This document shows positions 25,561-37,066 of a DNA stretch of 64,000 nt, in pieces. The position numbers and the translations under genes were made by a program. The DNA comes from Chlorokybus atmophyticus (lineage: Eukaryota; Plantae; Mesostigma and Chlorokybus algae). Location of the stretch: positions 248,001 through 312,000 of the forward strand of contig RHPI01002262.1 of the NCBI GenBank assembly GCA_009103225.1, given 5' to 3'. Position 1 is the stretch's first letter, and the number at the start of each line of letters is the position of its first letter. The notes below the pieces were generated by a model. The model saw only the letters and a program-made list of their open reading frames with translations. It had not been told where the DNA came from and made no database searches.

Positions 25561-25614
25561 CACTCGGCGAACCCTAAATTCGGACTTGAGTCCGAATTTA
25601 GGGTTCGCCGAGTG
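25561..25614. repeat. Perfect 26-bp inverted repeat with a 2-nt loop, containing the telomere/telo-box motif AACCCTAAA
   Basis: CACTCGGCGAACCCTAAATTCGGACT-TG-AGTCCGAATTTAGGGTTCGCCGAGTG, read directly. Confidence 0.95.
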
Positions 25615-25843
25615 AAGTCATTTGGCGTGTGAACAAATTCGCTATTCGCTATTAAGTGTCGCTATTAAGTGAACTAATGAACCCTTGCTGTCTAAATGAG
25701 TCACGAGGAGGTAAGCATAAGGACCCCCGTTACAGCACTGCACTCAACGCCACATGTGCATGTGCACATGTGGCGTTGTGTGCCATGCGTGTGTGCCACA
25801 TCCGGGATGATTACACTTGACCAATAGCCGGCAGCCGCTTATA

Positions 25844-25934
25844 ATACAATATGTTGCTCCCATGCTTGTAATATGGGAGTAGGTCTTTCTAAGGCCCACG
25901 CCCATATCATGAACATGGGAGCAACATGTTGTAT
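25844..25934. ncRNA. Candidate pre-miRNA-like or MITE-derived stem-loop (~91 nt)
   Basis: The outer 21-bp stem ATACAATATGTTGCTCCCATG / CATGGGAGCAACATGTTGTAT has one mismatch; pairing continues through ATATGGG/CCCATAT and AGTAGGTC/GGCCCACG to a short loop. There is no expression evidence. Confidence 0.3.
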
Positions 25935-26608
25935 CATACTACACTGAGTGTAAAATTCACCTTATACTGTCGCTATCGAATAAGGTATGATAATAATAGC
26001 GGCCCGACACCGGGTGTGCACTGGGTAGGCAGCTACGTGTGTGTGGCATTGTGCATGTGAGTGTGACCATCCACATGTGCGAGAAGATGGTCATGATCAC
26101 ACTCGCAGCGTACATAACCAACGATGCACAAATCGAGACGTTCTGAGTCGCTTGACGGCATGAGGAGTTTCAAACCTCCTTTTGAAAATGCAAAACTGGT
26201 GATGTGTATTACCAATTGACTCTTAGTGCGATCAGCCTTCAGTTGAGTTGTTGCTGTACAACACGTTCCGTGCACATACACATGCGTGTCTTGCATTTTG
26301 TACACTAATATATTAATGTACACGCTCATGTATACCATGACACATACAGCATCTATGTTACATAATCTTGCATAAGTCTACAACGCAGTTGGTTGCCAGA
26401 CACCTAACAACACCCGCTAACCATCAGAGTACTGCTGGCACTACCAAGTGGCACAGACACATATTAGACAGCTGTCCTGCATGCATACTACCGCTGTGTG
26501 CACAAGTTGTGCACCGCAGGCGCATGCGTGTTGACAGGCCTCACTCTATGCCCAAAGCAATACTCTATTGGCGGTAGTCATGTGGGTCACCATCCATCCC
26601 ACATTTGA

Positions 26609-28123
26609 TCAGCTTGTTGATGCGCCAGCTGTCTGCTGCTGTTGCTGTTGCTGCCGGCGGTTGATTCGTCTTGGCCTCATGCGCAAGCTGAGCATGCGCG
26701 TGGGTGGTGGCAGCTCCGCCAGCTTCATGAAACCTCTTGGAAGCTTGCCCACATGCTTCTGGAAGCCGTCCGCAGCCACCCTCAGCGCAGTGTTCTCGCT
26801 GCGAAGCATGGCGTTCTCCTGCTCAAGTGCGCGCAAGTAAGTGGTCTTGCGAGCGCGGCACTGCCTTGCTGACTGCCTGTCACAGTGGGACAAAGGTAGA
26901 GTGAGACAACATGGCTGAGGTACCAGGAATGCATACAAGCACATACGCAGACACCATGGCACGTGTGCATGCTTTCGCACCTGAATGCGCCAATGGACGC
27001 ATGCTTGTGCAAAGTGCAGCACACGTGCATGTATGCGCACGCGCGTGCGCACTGGCATGCACATGCACGCACATGCGCACATGATGGGGGACATGTGGGC
27101 ACATGTATGTGTGTGTGCACACAGGTGCAGCTGTGGGCTGTCCTGCATATGCGTGCACAGACGCACCAGCAAATACCTGCACGCGCAGACACACATAGAC
27201 GCACGCGCACATTGCACACAATGTCACAGTACTGCATGCGTGATCAAGTACCACTAGGGGGTAGTACCTGCGGCGTTCTTTAACTTCATCGCTCATCTTG
27301 TCGTCATCAGCGTGATTGTCAGTGCTGTCACCGTCAGGGCTTTGAGGCACAACGGAAGGAACTCGCTGCCTCTTCGCTTCAGTGGCTTTGTTGTCGACAC
27401 GGAGCATTGTTGGCCATGCATACAGCTCCTTGCTTAGCGGTAATGTTGGTGTGGCAGTGGTTGGGTTGGGCGCCACAACTTGTTGAACGTCACTCGCAGT
27501 TAGAAGGGTCGTGGGCGTGATGTCCTCCAAACTGAGAGCGTCCCACCACTGCAGCGACTGGTTCACTGCCAGAAAGAGTGACAACACTTTTAGACACCAG
27601 TCATGGTTGCCATAACAAAAAGATATCAAGCACAATGTGACACACATGTGCATCAACGTGTGTGCGCGCACTTGGTTTGTTTGCAATTATTGCATAAAAC
27701 TACATGTGTGAATTTGCCTACATGGCCAGCGCACCTGCACGGATAGTGTCTGCCGCGGGCTTCATGTCTTCATTATCTTCGCTTGCAGGTGGCTGTGTAG
27801 TGTTTGAGGCGTAGGCGTCCAGCGCCCAGGAGTCCAGGTTGGATGAGGGTGAAGCCTGGTGATAATAGTCTCCTGAAGACAGGTTTGCTGCAACAAGCGA
27901 AGGTTATGTCAGGTTTCCTACAGGTTGCAGACTGTGCCATGCCATCAGACATACCTTGTCATCATCATACCTCACCTGCAGGGCAAAACACTCCCCTCAC
28001 CGCCTTCATAATATCTGCAAGCCTGGCCTCCAGGGCGTAGCCTGAATTCTTCTGGTCCAACCTAGCAGCTGCTGCTGCTGCTGGTACGGCGGCGGCCCCG
28101 GTGGAGGCGGCGGCGGAAGTCAT
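26609..28123 (-). CDS. bZIP-like transcription factor (basic region plus leucine zipper, Gln-rich tail); start provisional
   Basis: Exon ~27566-27268 (...DDKMSDEVKERR) splices in phase 2 to exon 26876-26609 (RQSARQCRARKTTYLRALEQENAMLRSENTALRVAADGF...QQQQQQQTAGASTS*), with heptad L-x6-L-x6-L-x6-F. Upstream exons lie at ~27735-27875 and ~28060-28123. Confidence 0.7.
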
Positions 28124-30197
28124 GGACGATGAGTGGCTGCAGCAGACAGCTGCAGCTTAGCAAGGCTTCAGGGCTTGGGCGCTTGCACTTCGACTGAGGA
28201 GGATTTACCCTGCATGCACAACTACTAGCACGTAGTAAGTTCCAGGCCCCAGTCGCAAGTGTTGGGGCTAATACATTGGCCCCACTATATAGTTATGGGC
28301 ACAATACACTCTCAGCCTTCACTGCGCAGAGTCGAGCCCAGTGACAAGACAATGCACGCACAATTGTGCCTAGGCATGAAGCAGAGACTTGCGCCTCTTG
28401 GGCAATGCAAAAGCGCGTGCCGCGGAGTCAAGTGCATTGATGCATGCGGCGGGCCGCGGGTGGATGCATGTGAAAGTGCAGGTACACTTGTGCCCCGCAG
28501 GAAACCGCTGCTTTTAAGAGAATGCCTGAGAGAGTGCCGCCAGCATCTGATTGGTTGGACGCACAACCCGTGGGCCCCTCCTCCTTTTTGCTTGTCGGAT
28601 TGTGCAGCCGGATAGGCACAGGCACAGGGTGTACCAGATAGACCTTGCACTATGATTGAGCTACCTACACCCCTACAGGTCACGGGTAACTCACAGGGCA
28701 CGGTGCCACCTGGCGTGTACCGTGACGGTAGTCAATGGGCTTGTGACATGACGGCCGCCTTCCCCGGTCAATAGCTGTGCATGAGCATGCATGATTCATG
28801 CACATTAACTGTGACCATGTGACAATGATTCAGGGTACTGCGATTTAGCACTGGTCATCACTAGTACCTTGTGGGTTACCGACTCGGTACAGGTTCATCA
28901 GTCACCTTGCATGAATTGTGCTTTACGTAGCGAATAGCGCCAACCCGCCTGTCAGGTCACGATACGTAACTCATGCGATACGGGCTGTATTGCGCCGGCG
29001 ACCAAAACCCTCTCCACACGCCAGCAGCATTGTAGTCCTGACACAAGCGGCCTTGCAGACGTCAGCAATGACCGTGTCCTTCCTGGACCATACATCCGTG
29101 CAATAAATGCATGAATCTTGCAGCACTGCATGAGTATTCAAGAATGTGTACCAGTAACTGCTGACATGCATTGCCATGGTATGCACTTTGCAATGTATCG
29201 GTAAGACCGTGGTGCCCAGAACTTCACGTATGTGTTGGGAAATTGCCTACGTTGTTTTGCTTCGGATGACGGCCACGGCCTGCTTCGCGTATTGCGCACA
29301 ATGCGCGCGAAGCTCGTGACATTTTGCAGTTATACCTGTATTTAATGCAATGCAGTGGTCATGTGGCGCGCGAAGCGCGGCTGCACCGCGACGTGCATTT
29401 AGCAGTTCGATAGATTGCTACTGCGCTTTATTATACATTACGTCAAAGTGCGTTTTGGAAGCAACATTAATGGGTAAGTTCTGGTCACTACGGTATAACA
29501 TGTCCATCACAGTGGTGTGCAATGTATTGCAAGATTGGTCGTATGACCAGAACTTGTTCAGCCGCATCAGCAAGTAGAGGATGCACCTGGGCCGCGGCGG
29601 CTTGCGACAGCCCCATTGCACACACTTCCCGCAAGCGAAGCGACACAATTCCTGTCAGCATTAGACGGCCTGTCACAGAAAACCTGTGGATGGGAACCGG
29701 TCTAGCTAGGCCTACAGGTGTTGGTGCCTAACGCCTGAGGAGCACCTCGCAGGTGGCGCGGGGGAAATGTCAAGGCGTGCGAGGGGGAATTTTGGTCACG
29801 AACAAAGTATGACCTCTCGTTCCAAGGAACATGTTGTCTATATTTGTCCCCTACAAGCAGAGAGGCGCTTTCATCAATATATCACTCATAGCGAATGTGC
29901 TTACATGGCTCGAGGTTGCGTCATGAACAACATGCACTTTGTACCGTATGTTGCTGTAATGTGTAGTATACGTATAATGTAGCACAATATTGCATAAAAT
30001 TCCGCCCCCGCTCTGCTCCTGCATATGCTTGCTGCTACTGTTGCTGTGCTACCCTCACCGTCATATAAGCTCTTGATCATGCCCTTTCCCATGTGTGCTT
30101 AATTCAGTTGTTGAGCTCACCTTAACTTGGTTACTTGCCCGCCACTTTTGCATTGCATGTAGCCACATGCATTTAATACCTATCATAGCTTCTTGCC

Positions 30198-30727
30198 TGT
30201 TACAATAAGGGTCCGGCCATCTAAGCCATAAAAGACCATGGTGGGATGTATGGCTATTTCTATTTTTATGAAATACGCCCAGCTCCCTGGCTGCTGTAAC
30301 ACACCTCCCCCATTACAATGTAGCACGTCCTCGGCTACTTCTTATAGGGTTCATTTCCTTAGCCCTCCGCCCGCGGGTGACCGAGCCATCGCAACCACGC
30401 ATAGTCGTGTCTTTCCGGTCGTTCTAGTTCGCGTTCTAGCGAATATTTGGATCATTGAATCTCGTCTTTGCGACCATTCTAGATCGCGTTCTTTGCCGTC
30501 CCCTCTTGTTCCTTCCCTGCGACTTTCCCAAGGTCGCGGTGATCTTTTCTTAGTTCTTTACCTATCGAAAAATCGCCGCTATATTCCCCTTGAGAGTCGA
30601 GCCCGCGACCTTTGGGTTGTCAGCCCCGATGCCAAATGTTACCATAAGGGCCAAGCCATCAAAGCCATAAAAGACCAGGATACAGTGTATGGCTATTTTG
30701 ATTTTATGTACGCTGGCTACCGTAACA
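30198..30727 (-). mobile_element. Complete TRIM (terminal-repeat retrotransposon in miniature), 530 bp
   Basis: Direct repeats 30198-30301 and 30637-30727, both TGTTAC...GTAACA. The 5-bp TSD TTGCC occurs at 30193-30197 and 30728-30732. On the minus strand a PBS-like TGGCATCGGGGC follows the 5' LTR (cf. iMet PBS TGGTATCAGAGC) and a PPT GGGGGAGG precedes the 3' LTR. Confidence 0.9.
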
Positions 30728-31029
30728 TTGCCCCGTTGGTTATATATTTATGGTTGCTGTTGTGTGCTGTCTGGGTGCTTTGGGCCTGTGATTGTGCGTG
30801 CGCGCATACTTGCATCCGCCCTATTGAAATGCCTATATAACCCTCACATTATAATTAATAACTTATTTATTTTAAATATATATCGCGTTTAATGCATTAT
30901 AACGCAACTTGAATATTCAATACTTGTTGAAAAAAAGAATAATGTTAACGTTTCCAACTGCGGGGTCTCTTGATGTTGCCGCGAAGATATATTAGGTGTG
31001 GAAAAATCTGTTCTAAAATTATGGTCTCT

Positions 31030-31140
31030 GACAAGGCGAGATGTTTACTTAATGCCGCGAAAAATTTGTAAATGGTAAGTATCTGTTCAAAAAACATTGT
31101 CTCTTAAAAGGCGAGGTTTTTACTTAGAGGGTACACTGTA
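31030..31140 (-). mobile_element. Possible solitary Tc1/mariner-type MITE end with subterminal repeats
   Basis: The minus strand reads TA|CAGTGTACCCTC at 31140, preceded by a ~75-bp duplicated motif (AAGGCGAG...TTTACTTA). No matching opposite end was found. Confidence 0.3.
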
Positions 31141-33086
31141 ATATAAAACATCATCATGAATTTCAAGATGGGGCCAAGCCATTACACTATTTTGAATACC
31201 ATGAGTGACATATGTTGTTCGCAGCTAGGCTTTGAGGTTAATTGCTCTGAGAGGAAACATGCCAACTTTAATGTTGAGCTGTTCAGTTGGGCTAGTGTGG
31301 ACAACTTGTCCAAAGTAGCCCGTGCATGTTGAGTCAACATGCGCAAGTAGCAACTCTGTGACATTGCTATGTAGCAATATTGCAATGTAAGTCTAACCAT
31401 CAAATGTCAGTAGCTTGAATCATGCTACTGAATATATGGTGTTATATATATTTAACACCATTATATGCGTATAAGAGAATATTGCGGTGCCAATTATTCG
31501 CACAACACAATGATTGCGTGGTGCAAATGTTGCCCTTCATCGCGACTTTGCTCAGGGTATAGTTTTGTCGGCGATGATAAACAGCTCATGTAACATCCGT
31601 GCCTTAACCAATAGGCTATAGCAGCTAAAGTCGCTGCCATGCATGTCCCACAATTGGCCAATTCACCAATTATCAATTTATGTAGGTAAGTAGGTAGCAC
31701 AACCAATGATTTAAGTACATGTATTCAAGATTTAAATGGGTCCGCTTGATTCATCTCACGTGAACATCATAGTTACACATACTCTTTTTTTGTGATTTTC
31801 ATGGTAACCGAGCCACATACTCTGCATCACCCATGATATTACAACATTTAAATGCTCTTATCTTTATATGCAAGATGTTCATACATTCAAGAATAAGGTT
31901 TCTAGTATAACCACTTCAGTTGTAAGCTTTTCCATGCATCCTTAAACAGCCAGGTCCTTAATTAGTTATGTCACGCATTCATTTCAAAGCATAAACACAA
32001 ACACATGCATTCACAAAGCACTTATATAACATCGAGATACAAACTAGGTGTTAAACTCTTGTCTTTCGCTAATTACACTTATGGTACATGACTAGCATAG
32101 TAGCTATACCGTAACAATGCTCTATAATAATGCGTGGACACTATGAAATGGCAGCTTGAAGTTTCTTATTTTGGCTTGTTGAACATGCCGCACGAAGTCA
32201 CTTTACCGCAGTGGTATCAGGTAAGCAGTAGGACTTGCATACTTGATAAAACCGTTGCTGCCTATTGACCCAATTAACTTGTAACATTCATGTAACATAT
32301 AAATAGCACAACGTTGCTCAGCGATTAACTTTCACATGAGAATGCTCTTGTTAACTTTTATATGTTGTCTCATATAAGGTGCTGAAATGGATGGATGCAA
32401 GTAAGGCACGAACATGCGTTCGCAAAGATTACTACTGTATGTACACTAAAAATCATTGCCACCTGCAATGGGTGTTACATAAAATGGCTTGTGTAGTATA
32501 GCAGCAGCTAACGTTGCAATCCTCCGCAAGGTGCTAATCTGGCTTGCATTCCAAAGTTTTAGGCTTTGTATAGATTGCCACCGTGACGCTTGCGGTTACA
32601 ACAAGCAGCGAGACGATGACAATGAAGAGTGCTATGTGTGGGTGGTGCACACTTTTGAAAACAATGTAGGAGCTAGATGTTGTGACGGAGCCTCAATGAC
32701 GAAGTAATCTTTCTCTTCTCCTGTGGCTAATGTAACTTGCTGCCTGCACAGTCGCGCAGATGTACAAAGATAACAGCCAAATCAGCGCCAATCTGGTGCG
32801 TGCGGACATACATTAGGTTAGTATCACATGTGATGAGTGCTATGCAGTTCCAAACGTTATAGTCACCCAAGGTCTTCTAGCTTGTAAGGCTGTGCTAGTG
32901 AACACTTGGTGTAGCATCATATGATTGCAGTGGGACGCATGCAAACAGCAAGCCCAAGAGGCAGCGATGATAGAGGCTTCCTACCAGTGATTCCATAATA
33001 CATTTGTCATGACTGACTACATATGTACATGTGCACGAGTTGTGTCACAGCGCAAACAACTGCTAACAGCACTGACATCTTCGGGA

Positions 33087-35536
33087 TCAACCTGGCACCG
33101 GGTCCTCGAGAGTCGCATTTGTGAGATCATTGATGCGCGGGAAAGCCACCTTCTCATCTAGGAGGTTCTGAGACCAGATCAGCATCTTCAGCAGCATTGG
33201 TAGCCTCGGGTCTGTGTGGCACACAATGACAGGTGTAAGACAGGAACATACACATAACTTACAGCAGAGCTGTACATGCGCGTGTTGACAGACATTTGCA
33301 TACGCATGCATGTGTATGCACGCACAGATGCAAACAGGTACAAGTAATGTAGGTTTCTGACCTAAGCCTTGCTACAGAGTACCAGAACAAGGGTTTGGGA
33401 ACACTTACGCGTGCGGATAACCAAACCAACAAACACGCATTCTCAATCCAACTGATGGACAGAGTGCTAAGCATATCTGTGAAGCAAGTACACACGCTAC
33501 TGAGTGGATCAATGCACAGAATAATTCACTCAGGCAGAGAGAAACAAGGAACGGAGGTGTATACGAGCGCGATGAGTGATTGCACCACATGTTTGTGCCT
33601 GCTGGCCAAACACCAAGCACAACAGGAAGCTTGTGTGGTCACACCCATGTCTCATACGCGCACACACCGACACACCTTTCTCCTGGCACTGTGATGTAAG
33701 TATGGCGGCATTGAGCTCGCTGGCAGTTCTCTGCCTCTGCGACAGGTCCAGCAGATCGCCCACGGGGCAGGCGGACGCGTCCTCAAACGCAAGCAGCGCG
33801 ACGGTACGCTCCAACTCATCCAGAAACGCGTGCTGAGCACAAACACCAACACGCGTTAGCAGAGGACGTTGCGCGAAGGAAACAAAACAACAAAGCAGCA
33901 TCATGTCCTGAGCACAGCGCGGCTCGTGTGAAGTATACAAATTGTGGTTGGTAAACAGATCACAATCGCACAGACGCAAGCAAGCATGCATATACACACG
34001 TGTGTCTGCGTGTGCACACGCATGCACACTCGCGAGCGCAATTTATGTTATGTTGGTCAGTACTGATAGCATGTGCAATGGCTGTTGTTAAAAAAAGGAA
34101 GGAAAAACGAGCGGAATGTCAGGCATGTGCCGTGCAACACTGTATGTTTGATGGACAGCGTGTGCATGGGTGGCACATAACGTACATTCTCTTCTCCTCG
34201 TGGTGCGAGCTCCTCCTGCGCAAACTCCAGTGCCTCCTCAATCTTCCCGCCCCGTATCAACTCAATGAGCTTCTGCTGCTGCAGGTGGAAGAACAGCTGC
34301 GGGTTCGTGTCCAGTATCTGTGAGCAAAAGCAAATCAGATGAGGCCACACTTTCTTAATTGAAGTATTGTTATGCAATGAGTCAGCAGGTAGGCTGTGAG
34401 ACTGCCACACAAGCTTCAAGCTTTGCAGGCTACAACAGTTGCTGTTCGTGGTGTGCAGAACTTTGATAGTATTGCTGATGACTAATGAAGACTGTGCTGT
34501 GGGATGACCACACCATGCGTCTAGTGTGAACATAGCGTTTCAAGGTGCAATGCACAGAAAGCATATCCGCAACAGATTGTCCAAAACTCAATGCCGTACA
34601 CAGTAACTTGTGGCGTACACGCAAACACACTTTCCAGTATCATTGCCAACACTTGCATCTATGCGGTACGAGTTCAAATTTATCTTGCTCCTGAGTTGCT
34701 TCATAACTGCTTGCAGTTAGGGATGCTATAAGCAGGAAGCAGGTTACTTGCTTCGTCTTACAGAAGTCCTAACTGTCGCCTACGCTTGAGAAGTATTGCG
34801 TACCAAACAGTGACTAGTCCAGTTGTCTTTGCGCTGTGCAACCTCACAGTGCATGCCCAGTGCATTTACACGCTGTATGCATGCGGATACTGCTTGCTTC
34901 AATTGAAACACACGCTTATGCACATCTGCCAGCGCCTGGCTTTTTGAAGCTGCACAGATGTCTATGAGCACAGTGTGTGTACTTGTACTTGTTTTCAGAA
35001 TTGCAAGAGTCCATGTCTCTGTGTACACGCGCATGTGTGTGTGAGTGCACGCGCATGTGCATGTGTTTTTCCAATAATATATATGTGTGTGTGTCTACAC
35101 ACGTGTACACATGTAAAAGTACATGCTCGCTGTTCACCTCAGGGTTGAGATCGTTGACTCTCTCTATGGCGTCCTCAACGTCTCCGTGCTGCACGGCTTT
35201 GCGCACAGCCATGCGGTCATGTATGCCAGCGAGGTCGGCTCCCGGGGCCGTCCCGCTCTCTGCCTGGAACTCCCTCGCGGCGTCCACGTAGCCCTCCGTC
35301 ACCAGGTAGTTCATCACAAGCCTGTTCATGTCCTCCTTCCTAACAGCCACCGCCGCCGCACGCCTCTCCCACTCGTCCCTGCCAACCACCCTCTGCTTGG
35401 CATTGCCGCCCCCGCCTGCTGCTCCGCCGCCTCCTCCTCCTCCTGCTCCTCCTCCTGCCCCTCCTCCGACTCCAGCTCCTCCGCCTCCACCACCGCCAAT
35501 GACACCGCCGCCTCCCACCGCCAGCACCGCCGCCAT
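33087..35536 (-). CDS. GID8: Glucose-induced degradation protein 8 homolog (LisH-CTLH-CRA scaffold of the GID/CTLH E3 ligase)
   Basis: Four exons (35536-35138, 34317-34186, 33832-33676, 33211-33087) join in frame: [20 protein letters not shown] (LisH), [15 protein letters not shown]|[22 protein letters not shown] (CTLH), [14 protein letters not shown]...|[15 protein letters not shown] (CRA). Confidence 0.95.
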
Positions 35537-36119
35537 CCTCAACAACAACCCCAACTACGACCTCAGCTATGCCCACAGCGACACAGCAGCCCTTCTCTGC
35601 GCCGTCGGCGGCGGCGGTGTGGTTGACATTGTCGTCGGCGGTGTCGTCGGCATCGTTGGTGGTGACCTTGGGCATCAGCTGCAGCTTCGGCATTGAGCTT
35701 GGAGCTTGGAAGCTAGGCTTGCAGCTTGCCGCGTCAAGCTTGCAGCTTGAAGCAGTACTCAAAGCACAAGCTTCAAGCTTCCTATTTGAAACTTTAGCTT
35801 ATGCTCTGCACAGTGTAACTTAGAAAAATAGCTTGACTTCCATCAATCAGCCTACAGCTTGGCTTATTGTCAATATCACAACACAGCAGAGTAGTCTCAG
35901 GCTTCGGCAGCTTAAGCAGCAGCTTGAGACAAGCGTGATTGCCTTTGGCAGGTGCGGCTGCAGGCAGTGTGTGTTTTGTGTGTTCTTTTGTCGCTTGTAT
36001 GTTGCATTGCGGCTTGCATTATGTGTGCATACTTTGTGGCAAGGGGTAGACTGCAAAGCAAGTACACACGCAGAGCTGAAGTTGTTTGTGAGGGAGGGAG
36101 CGCCTTGCAAGCAGCAGCC

Positions 36120-37066
36120 ATGGCAAGGGAGGAAGACAGCCTGGCAGCCTTCGAACAGCGTGCTGCAGCTGCTGAGGTGTGGGTGTATGTCCATGTGGTG
36201 TGGGTGTGCAATCGCTTGCCTTTGTGCATGTGTGCATGCGCGCGTGTGTGCATACTTGTGCGTGCATGTACTTGTACATGCGTGTTGATTCCTATGTTTG
36301 CTTGTTTGCTGAAAGTGTTCAACACAGAGCATGTTTGTGAAAATGCCTGCCCAAGCATGCATGTGAACATCTGTTCCTGAGGCACATATATGCAAGGAGC
36401 TTACTTCGTCCAGATGCATGTACCAAAACACAATTGCTGTTGTTGTGCGCAGGAGCGCATCGCAACATTAGAACAGCAGATGGCAATGACCGGTAAGCTT
36501 CCACATCAATCAGCATCATTGATAGCTTCATACTTGTTTTTGAAAACACATCATGCCATCTGCACACGCTGCCTGACCTACAAGAGGCTCCCTTGTTGGC
36601 ATAACGTAACATAACCCCTACTCACTTGCATTGTCTGTGGTGTTCAACTGGGATCATAACATCATACGTGGGTTGGTTATGCAGCAGCGCCAGGTGCTGC
36701 CTCAGTAAGCTCGGATGCGCTTAAAGCCAAGGTTCTAGCCATGTTGAAGGACGTTCAGCAAAACCTTGCACAAGCCTTGAGTGAGCAGACTGATCTGAAG
36801 TCAAGGCACGCACAGGTGAATATGTGTTGTTTGCTTAATCACAACTTAGTAAATTGTTGTCATGCCTGGTGATGCTGACTCAGTGTTGGTTGGGCAATGT
36901 GTTGTGTGAGCCAGCGGCCCGTCTCATGTTGAGCTTGTGCAATCAGGTTGTCCAAGAGAGGGACCGCTTGGCCGTGGAGAATGCCAAACTTAAGTATCAA
37001 AACCTGCACCTGACCAGGGCTGTGAAAGCGGCTGATCAGACCAATGAGACGCTCAAGCAGAAATGA
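36120..37066 (+). CDS. Small coiled-coil protein of unknown function
   Basis: Four short exons with canonical borders: MAREEDSLAAFEQRAAAAE | ERIATLEQQMAMT | APGAASVSSDALKAKVLAMLKDVQQNLAQALSEQTDLKSRHAQ | VVQERDRLAVENAKLKYQNLHLTRAVKAADQTNETLKQK*. Divergent from GID8. Confidence 0.75.

Noticed and set aside
26880-27260. Long ORFs rich in C/V/H/A/M/T here and at ~17400-17630, 34950-35130, 36180-36400, 48270-48540 and 62370-62600
   Set aside because: They are translations of intronic (GT/GC/AT)n microsatellite-like sequence, not proteins.
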